Origin: Escherichia virus TH54
Sequence record: MT446420.1
Direction: 5' to 3' (one strand)
Length of the DNA stretch: 64,000 nucleotides
This document shows, one piece after another, positions 62,282 to 64,000 of this stretch. The notes beneath the pieces are model-generated. The model was not told the DNA's origin, ran no database searches, and saw only the letters and a list, made by a program, of their open reading frames with translations. Made by a program: the position numbers and the translations under genes. Position 1 is the stretch's first letter. Each line of letters opens with the position of its first letter.

Positions 62282-62773
62282 ATGGAGTTGACCGATATCA
62301 CACGCGCTTTCGAATCCGGTGACTTTGCTCGCCCTAACCTGTTCGAAGTCGAAATCCCGTTCCTGGGTAAAAACTTTGCTTTCCATTGTAAAGCAGCCCC
62401 GATGCCAGCAGGCATTGTAGAAAAAGTTCCTGTCGGTTACATGAACCGTAAAATCAACGTTGCGGGCGACCGTACATTTGATGACTGGACTATTACGATT
62501 TATAACGACGATGCTCATAAAGTTCGTCAAGCAATTGTTGATTGGCAAAACCTGTGTCACGGTATGACTAACGAAATCACCGGTGCAGCTCCTGCTGATT
62601 ATAAGAAAACCGCTACTGTTCGTCAGTTCCATCGTGATGGTAAGACCGTTACGAAAGAAGTTGTTATTACCGGCATGTGGCCAACCAACGTTGGGGAAGT
62701 CCAGATGGATTGGGACAGTAACAACGAAATTGAAACGTTCGAAGCAACGTTCGCAATTGACTGGTGGGAATAA
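62282..62773 (+). CDS. 19: tail tube protein gp19
   Basis: 163 aa from ATG after AAGAGGA; ITRAFESGDFARPNLFEVEI matches gp19. Confidence 0.93.
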   Translation: MELTDITRAFESGDFARPNLFEVEIPFLGKNFAFHCKAAPMPAGIVEKVPVGYMNRKINVAGDRTFDDWTITIYNDDAHKVRQAIVDWQNLCHGMTNEITGAAPADYKKTATVRQFHRDGKTVTKEVVITGMWPTNVGEVQMDWDSNNEIETFEATFAIDWWE

Positions 62774-62774
62774 G

Positions 62775-62782
62775 TATAAATA
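62775..62782 (+). promoter_or_regulatory. late promoter TATAAATA for gene 20
   Basis: exact consensus. Confidence 0.6.
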
Positions 62783-62790
62783 AAGTTATT

Positions 62791-62808
62791 ATGAGGCTTC
62801 GGCCTCAT
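62791..62808 (+). other. UUCG-loop hairpin (leader structure or attenuating terminator)
   Basis: ATGAGGC-TTCG-GCCTCAT. Confidence 0.45.
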
Positions 62809-62830
62809 TTCCCAAACTTCGGAGACTCTA

Positions 62831-64000
62831 ATGGCAGGTTTTAACACAATACTAAATTTTCTTAAGCCTTGGGCTAAAGAAGATGAACAAGAATATAAGC
62901 AACAAGAAAAAAATAATTTAGAGTCAATGACCGGGCCGAAGTTTGACGATGGGGCTCGCGAAATTGAGTCACAAGAACAAAACGTCCCGTATAATGCATT
63001 GATGCAACAGATGTTCGGGAGTAATGAACCTGAAGTAAAAAATACCAGGGAATTAATTGACACCTACCGCAACTTACTAAATAATTATGAAGTTGATAAC
63101 GCGGTGCAAGAAATTGTGTCTGATGCTATCGTTTTTGAAGACGGTAAAGATGTTGTAGCTCTTAATCTTGATGCTACCGAATTTAGTCAGAAAATTAAAG
63201 ACCGAATCCTTGAAGAATTCGCGGAAGTTAATAACCTCCTTAATTTCGAGCGTAAAGGTTCTGACCACTTTAAACGTTGGTATGTGGATTCTCGAATTTT
63301 CTTCCACAAAATTATCAACCCAGCAAAACTTAAAGATGGAGTTCAAGAACTTCGTCGTCTTGACCCAAGACAAATCCAGTTCATCCGTGAAATCGTTACA
63401 CGCATGGAAAATGGTACAAAAATTGTTGACGGTTACAGAGAATATTTTGTATACGATACTGGTCATGAAAGTTATTGTGCCGATGGTCGTATATATGAAG
63501 CAGGTACTAAAATAAAAATTCCTCGTGCGGCGATTGTATATGCGCATTCTGGATTACTCGATTGTTGTGGCAAGAATATCATCGGATACTTGCAACGAGC
63601 AATTAAACCTGCAAACCAATTAAAACTATTAGAAGATGCTTTAGTCATTTATCGTATAACTCGTGCTCCAGACCGCCGAGTCTTTTATATTGATACTGGG
63701 AATATGCCGTCTCGTAAAGCAGCAGCGCATATGCAACATATTATGAACACGATGAAAAACCGTGTCGTATATGATGCAACCACGGGTAAAATCAAAAACC
63801 AACAGCACAACATGTCTATGACAGAAGACTATTGGTTGCAACGTCGTGATGGTAAAGCTGTCACTGAAGTTGATACTCTTCCGGGCGCGCAAGGCATGTC
63901 GGATATGGATGATGTTCGCTGGTTTAAGAACAACCTATATCAGGCTCTCCGAATTCCATTATCTCGTATCCCTAATGACCAAAACAGCGGCGTTATGTTT
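62831..64000 (+). CDS. 20: portal protein gp20, N-terminal part (continues beyond window)
   Basis: hand translation [20 protein letters not shown]... matches remembered T4 gp20 throughout. Confidence 0.9.
   Translation, partial: MAGFNTILNFLKPWAKEDEQEYKQQEKNNLESMTGPKFDDGAREIESQEQNVPYNALMQQMFGSNEPEVKNTRELIDTYRNLLNNYEVDNAVQEIVSDAIVFEDGKDVVALNLDATEFSQKIKDRILEEFAEVNNLLNFERKGSDHFKRWYVDSRIFFHKIINPAKLKDGVQELRRLDPRQIQFIREIVTRMENGTKIVDGYREYFVYDTGHESYCADGRIYEAGTKIKIPRAAIVYAHSGLLDCCGKNIIGYLQRAIKPANQLKLLEDALVIYRITRAPDRRVFYIDTGNMPSRKAAAHMQHIMNTMKNRVVYDATTGKIKNQQHNMSMTEDYWLQRRDGKAVTEVDTLPGAQGMSDMDDVRWFKNNLYQALRIPLSRIPNDQNSGVMF

Overview
This window is a segment of a T4-like (Tevenvirinae-type) myovirus genome with T4 gene order. 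Minus strand, 1-39231: early and accessory genes nrdH-like, nrdG, nrdD (no intron), 49, nrdC, then a long hyperplastic block of small unknown ORFs, rI, tk, a macro-domain protein, regB, three internal-protein (IP) genes, denV, e (lysozyme), nudE, two tandem gene families, two tRNAs (Arg-TCT, Met/Ile-CAT), a second IP locus with four genes, 57B (Acb1-like), 57A, 1, 3, 2, 4. Plus strand, 39280-64000: late structural and packaging genes 53, 5, 5.1, 5.4, 6, 7, 8, 9, 10, 11, 12, wac, 13, 14, 15, 16, 17, 18, 19 and the 5' part of 20. Late promoters (TATAAATA) and UUCG-loop terminators sit where expected, and the early region carries repeated promoter-plus-leader cassettes resembling the PeSL cassettes reported in T4-type phages (from memory). 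No integrase, CRISPR array or homing endonuclease was seen. All assignments rest on reading the translations against remembered T4 proteins and motifs; no database search was run. The best candidates for something undescribed are: a tandem array of five small paralogs with a conserved C-terminal W-x-SSS-x-C tail (26574-27835) next to membrane proteins sharing an FIxEC tail; an opposite-strand collagen-repeat gene (11135-11881) beside a Pol-beta-type nucleotidyltransferase; seven capsid-targeting-sequence-tagged IP genes in two loci; and a three-member family with variable N-domains and a shared C-terminal coiled coil (6825-9845).
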